From contig JBFKDW010000009.1 in assembly GCA_041619515.1 (NCBI GenBank), positions 1 through 54,149 of the forward strand: a stretch of DNA of 54,149 nucleotides, in the 5' to 3' direction. The notes beneath the pieces were generated by a model. The model had not been told where the DNA came from and made no database searches. It saw only the letters and a list, made by a program, of their open reading frames with translations. The translations under genes were made by a program, and so were the position numbers. The stretch comes from Acidimicrobiia bacterium. GTDB lineage: Bacteria > Actinomycetota > Acidimicrobiia > Spongiisociales > SHLN01. This document shows, in pieces, positions 50,626-54,149 of this stretch; positions within the stretch are counted from its first letter, which is position 1, and each line of letters starts with the position of its first letter.

Positions 50626-51543
50626 TCACGATTCCTGCGGCGCCGGCTGCGCCACCGGCAGGCGCTCGGCCGGAGCTCGATCCTTGGCGACAGCCACCAG
50701 CGCCACCCCGCCGAGGATGAGCGGCAGGGCGATGATGGCTTCGCCCGAGAGCACCTCCGAGCCGATGGTGACGCCGAGCAGCACCGCCACGACCGGATTG
50801 ACATAGGCGTAGCTGGTAGCCAGCGCCGGCCGCACCGTGTTGAGCAAGTACATATAGGCGCTGAACGCGACGATGGAACCAAGTGTGATGAGATAGGCGA
50901 GTGCGAGCCAACCGTTGAGGTCGGGAACCGACTCGAAGCGCTCACCCCTGACAAATCCCACCACGAGCAGAATCATGCCCCCGGCGCTCATCTCCATGGC
51001 GGTCGCCATCGAACCGGCTGGGAGTGACACACGGCGGCTCCAAACCGATCCGAACGCCCAGCTGATGGGGGCGGCCACCATGAGGGTGATGCCCAGGGCG
51101 TTGCCGGCGAAGTCACCTTCCCGGCTGAGGATGATGACACCCGTGAGTCCGATCGCCAATCCCAGCCATTCGAGCCGGTTCGGCCAGCGTCCGAACAGAC
51201 CGCTCCACAATGCGGCCCACAGCGGCATGGCAGCCACCGCCGTGGCTGCAAGCCCCGAGCCCACGCCACGGGCCTCGGCGAGCGCCACCAGCCCGACCCC
51301 TCCCATCATGAGCAACGCGCCGATCTGGGCGGCGGCGAACCACTCCCGGCCGGTGGGAGCCGGTGCGCCCCGCCGCCGCAGGAACCAGAGCATTGCAGAG
51401 CCGGCGATCACGAATCTGATCCCATTCCCGACGAAGGGCGGGAACTCCTCCACGAGGTAGCGGAGAGCGAGGTAGGTGGATCCCCAGATGACGTAGACGG
51501 CGAACAGGGAGAGCCCGATCAGCCAGCGATTGCGCGCGATCAT
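50626..51543 (-). CDS. DMT/EamA transporter (YedA-like)
   Basis: YVIWGSTYLA, GSIVAFSAY, SYAYVNPVVAV. Confidence 0.92.
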   Translation of the reverse strand: MIARNRWLIGLSLFAVYVIWGSTYLALRYLVEEFPPFVGNGIRFVIAGSAMLWFLRRRGAPAPTGREWFAAAQIGALLMMGGVGLVALAEARGVGSGLAATAVAAMPLWAALWSGLFGRWPNRLEWLGLAIGLTGVIILSREGDFAGNALGITLMVAAPISWAFGSVWSRRVSLPAGSMATAMEMSAGGMILLVVGFVRGERFESVPDLNGWLALAYLITLGSIVAFSAYMYLLNTVRPALATSYAYVNPVVAVLLGVTIGSEVLSGEAIIALPLILGGVALVAVAKDRAPAERLPVAQPAPQES

Positions 51544-51913
51544 GTGAGATGAACCCCAGGAAACTGCAAAACGTTGCCACGATGGTAGGTGGATCTTGTC
51601 GGCGGTTACCTGCGACGCGATGACCGCGTCGCGTGTCAGAACAAGCCACGCGTTTGCGAGTCGACGAGGAGCGTGTCGGCAGGGTCGCGAAAAGCGAATC
51701 GTTCTACTCGACGGGCTTCCATGCCGCCTGCCGGGTCGACTCCGGGGATGAGGTGCACGGAGCGCGGATTGGAGAGAACGTGTACCGTGTGACTAATCGT
51801 CCCCGCATTACCCAATTCGGGCTTTAGGGCGCGGGGCCCAATGCAGAAGGCACCCGGAACGCCGCCGGCCGGCGTCGATCGACCACCTTCGAACCCTTGG
51901 AAGGTGATCCGTC

Positions 51914-53887
51914 ATGATGGGTAGAAGTCGACTGGTGGTTCTGGCAGCAGTTGTCGCGATGATGGTCGGGGTGCTGATCCCCTCACGGGCGATGGCGGAT
52001 TTCACCGAGCAGGTTGAGCCCGACACCGAATGGGGCACGTCCGGCACGGAGGAAGGTGAATTCAACACCCCGCTCGACTCAGCCGTGGACCATGCCGGCA
52101 ATGTCTATGTCGCCGACGGTGTCAATAACCGGGTGCAGAAGTTCACGAGCACCGGCGCGTTCCTGAGCACGTGGGGTTGGGATGTGGTCCCTGGTGGCGG
52201 CGCCGGGTTTGAAGTATGCACCAGTGGCTGCCAGGCGGGCGTTTCCGGGGGTGGCGCCGGCCAGTTCGACTTCCCGCGCGGGATTGCGGTGGACGGAGCC
52301 GGCAACATCTATGTCGCCGACAACCAAAACAACCGGGTGCAGAAGTTCGCGAGCAGCGGTGCATTCGTGAGTACCTGGGGTTGGGATGTGGTCCCTGGTG
52401 GTTTCGCCGGGTTCGAAGTGTGTACCAGTGGCTGCAAGGCGGGGGTTGCCGGGGGTGGGGCCGGCCAATTCGCAGAACCGGGAGGGGTGGCGGTGTACGG
52501 TGCCGGTAACGTCTATGTCGCCGACGAACTCAATCATCGGGTGCAAAAGTTCATGAGCAGCGGTGCATTCGTGAGCACCTGGGGTTGGGATGTGGTCCCT
52601 GGTGGCGGCGCCGGTTTTGAAGTGTGCACCAGTGTCTGTAAGAAGGGTGTTTCCGGGGGTGGGGCCGGCCAACTAACCAGCCCGGCCGGGATCGCGGCGG
52701 ATGGTGCTGGGAACGTCTACGTCACCGACAACAACAACCGGGTGTCGAAGTTCATGGCCCCGTTCGGCGACTTTGTGAGCACCTGGGGGCGGAATGTGAT
52801 CCCTGGTGGTCCCACCGGCTTCGAGATTTGCACCAGCGCCTGCCAGGCCGGCGCCACGGGTGTCGGAGCCGGCTCATTCGACAACCCGTTCAAGGTGGCG
52901 GTGGACGTCGCCGGCAACGTGTATGTCACCGACGAACTCAATCATCGAGTACAGAAGTTCACGAGCACCGGCGCTTTCGTCAGTGCCTGGGGCTGGGGTG
53001 TTGATCCTCTCTCAGCCAACCCCTTCTTCGAAGTATGCACCACCTTCTGCCAGGCCGGCAGTTCGGGGAACGGGCTCGGCCAATTTGATCACCCGCTCGG
53101 GGTGGGGGTCGACGGGGCCGGCAACGTGTACGTAACCGACTGGCTCAATGACCGGGTGGTGAAACTCAGTCAGGAGCAGGTGACTGGTGGCCGGGTGGGG
53201 ATCGGGACGTCCGATCCGCAGCAATCCTTGCATGTGACCGGGTCCTCAGGGGATACGCGGCTGTTCGTACAGGAGACCAGCCCGACGGACGCCAATCGGG
53301 TGTTGTTTGAGTTGGCCAACACCGGGGCGCCGCAGTTCTTCTTCACGAACTCGTCGACCGGAGATCAGTTTCAATTCTCGATGAACCCGCGGGGTGATTT
53401 CATCGTGTCGGCGTTGGGTACTGGCGGCCCGGAGTTGATCGTCCACAAGGATGGGAGGGTGCGGATCGGGCCGGGACCCGCCAGTACATTCATTCTGGAT
53501 ACCTCAGGGAACCTGACAATTGATGGGACCTTGACTGAGTCGTCCGATATCGGCGCCAAGACCGGCCTGAGACCCATCGAGGCCGGCGCGATATTGACCG
53601 CGGTCCAGGAATTGGACTTGACCGAGTGGTCCTATGCGGACACGCCGGGGGTCCGGCATCTGGGCCCGACTGCTCAGGAGTTCCATGCCGCTTTCGGCCT
53701 GGGAGTCGACGATACCGGAATCGCTTCGCTCGATACGAGCGGGGTGGCCCTCGCATCCATCCAAGCATTGGCCGCTGAAAACAAGGCGCTGCAGGCGCAG
53801 ATGACGTGGTTGATGTCGCTCATGGGCGGCCTCACGCTCGCCCTCGCCGTCACCCTTTTGTGGAGGAGGCGCCCCGCAGCGATCTGA
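51914..53887 (+). CDS. Secreted NHL-repeat protein with peptidase S74 autocleaving chaperone domain and C-terminal TM anchor
   Basis: Signal peptide; six NHL repeats; GRVGIGT..P...LHV; SDIGAK, HLGPTAQEF..AFG; coiled coil; hydrophobic helix then WRRR. Confidence 0.85.
   Translation: MMGRSRLVVLAAVVAMMVGVLIPSRAMADFTEQVEPDTEWGTSGTEEGEFNTPLDSAVDHAGNVYVADGVNNRVQKFTSTGAFLSTWGWDVVPGGGAGFEVCTSGCQAGVSGGGAGQFDFPRGIAVDGAGNIYVADNQNNRVQKFASSGAFVSTWGWDVVPGGFAGFEVCTSGCKAGVAGGGAGQFAEPGGVAVYGAGNVYVADELNHRVQKFMSSGAFVSTWGWDVVPGGGAGFEVCTSVCKKGVSGGGAGQLTSPAGIAADGAGNVYVTDNNNRVSKFMAPFGDFVSTWGRNVIPGGPTGFEICTSACQAGATGVGAGSFDNPFKVAVDVAGNVYVTDELNHRVQKFTSTGAFVSAWGWGVDPLSANPFFEVCTTFCQAGSSGNGLGQFDHPLGVGVDGAGNVYVTDWLNDRVVKLSQEQVTGGRVGIGTSDPQQSLHVTGSSGDTRLFVQETSPTDANRVLFELANTGAPQFFFTNSSTGDQFQFSMNPRGDFIVSALGTGGPELIVHKDGRVRIGPGPASTFILDTSGNLTIDGTLTESSDIGAKTGLRPIEAGAILTAVQELDLTEWSYADTPGVRHLGPTAQEFHAAFGLGVDDTGIASLDTSGVALASIQALAAENKALQAQMTWLMSLMGGLTLALAVTLLWRRRPAAI
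52097..53140 (+). repeat. Six intragenic repeats with 204-bp (68-aa) period
   Basis: GN(V/I)YV(A/T)D codons start at 52097, 52301, 52505, 52709, 52913 and 53120. Confidence 0.9.
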
Positions 53888-54041
53888 GGAAGCTCGACAA
53901 GACGACGGTCTCGACCCGGCGAATACTGTGGGATCCCCTGGCTCATTGCCTCTGTGCCCGCTCCGGCGCCCTCCCCGGGAGCGGGTCGCTACACTCCTCA
54001 AACGCCCCTCACGGATAGAAAATCCAGCACCGGTGGGGCAT

Positions 54042-54118
54042 CGGGCTGTGGCGCAGTTTGGTAGCGCACTTGACTGGGGGTCAAGAGGTCGCTGGTTCAA
54101 ATCCAGTCAGCCCGACCA
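54042..54118 (+). tRNA. tRNA-Pro (anticodon GGG), CCA encoded
   Basis: Acceptor CGGGCTG/CAGCCCG; anticodon arm CTTGA-CTGGGGG-TCAAG; T-loop TTCAAAT; 3' ACCA. Confidence 0.97.
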
Positions 54119-54149
54119 TAGAAATGCCAGCTAGGCATTGAAGAGAGCG

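Noticed and set aside
51612..51632. Inverted repeat GCGACGCG-N5-CGCGTCGC upstream of the EamA gene
   Set aside because: Short GC-rich palindrome with no second copy noticed and no functional context; may be chance
52097..53140. 204-bp repeats as a CRISPR array or DGR
   Set aside because: In-frame coding repeats with synonymous variation; no cas or reverse transcriptase gene

Overview
High-GC actinobacterial chromosome segment; gene content and several small lineage-type proteins suggest class Acidimicrobiia (inference). It is mostly core genome. A ttuB-like/ttuA/trmI tRNA-modification cluster precedes a complete Pup-proteasome locus (arc, dop, pup, prcB, prcA, an inverted pafA, pafB, pafC) and tatB-like/tatC/helY. 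Next comes the conserved nagD-tlyA-nadK-recN-pyrG-nudF-ald-xerD-scpA-scpB-rluB-(aroA-cmk)-der block with local insertions, ending in tRNA-Pro(GGG). Both ends carry accessory secreted repeat proteins. No CRISPR array, prophage or transposase is visible. Best leads: (1) a secreted 6-repeat NHL protein with an intact peptidase-S74 autocleaving chaperone followed by a C-terminal membrane anchor (MYRF-like self-release design); (2) a ubiquitin-like TtuB with a masked GG motif beside the Pup-proteasome genes, coupled to an unannotated 30-aa membrane peptide; (3) a CooA-type operator upstream of a Crp/Fnr regulator with a matching R-Q recognition helix; (4) a near-consensus PafBC promoter ahead of the tlyA-nadK-recN operon; (5) sigma28-type promoters ahead of small acidic Cys4 proteins; (6) two genes that need non-canonical starts (CTG, GTA). 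All calls come from manual motif recognition; no searches were run.
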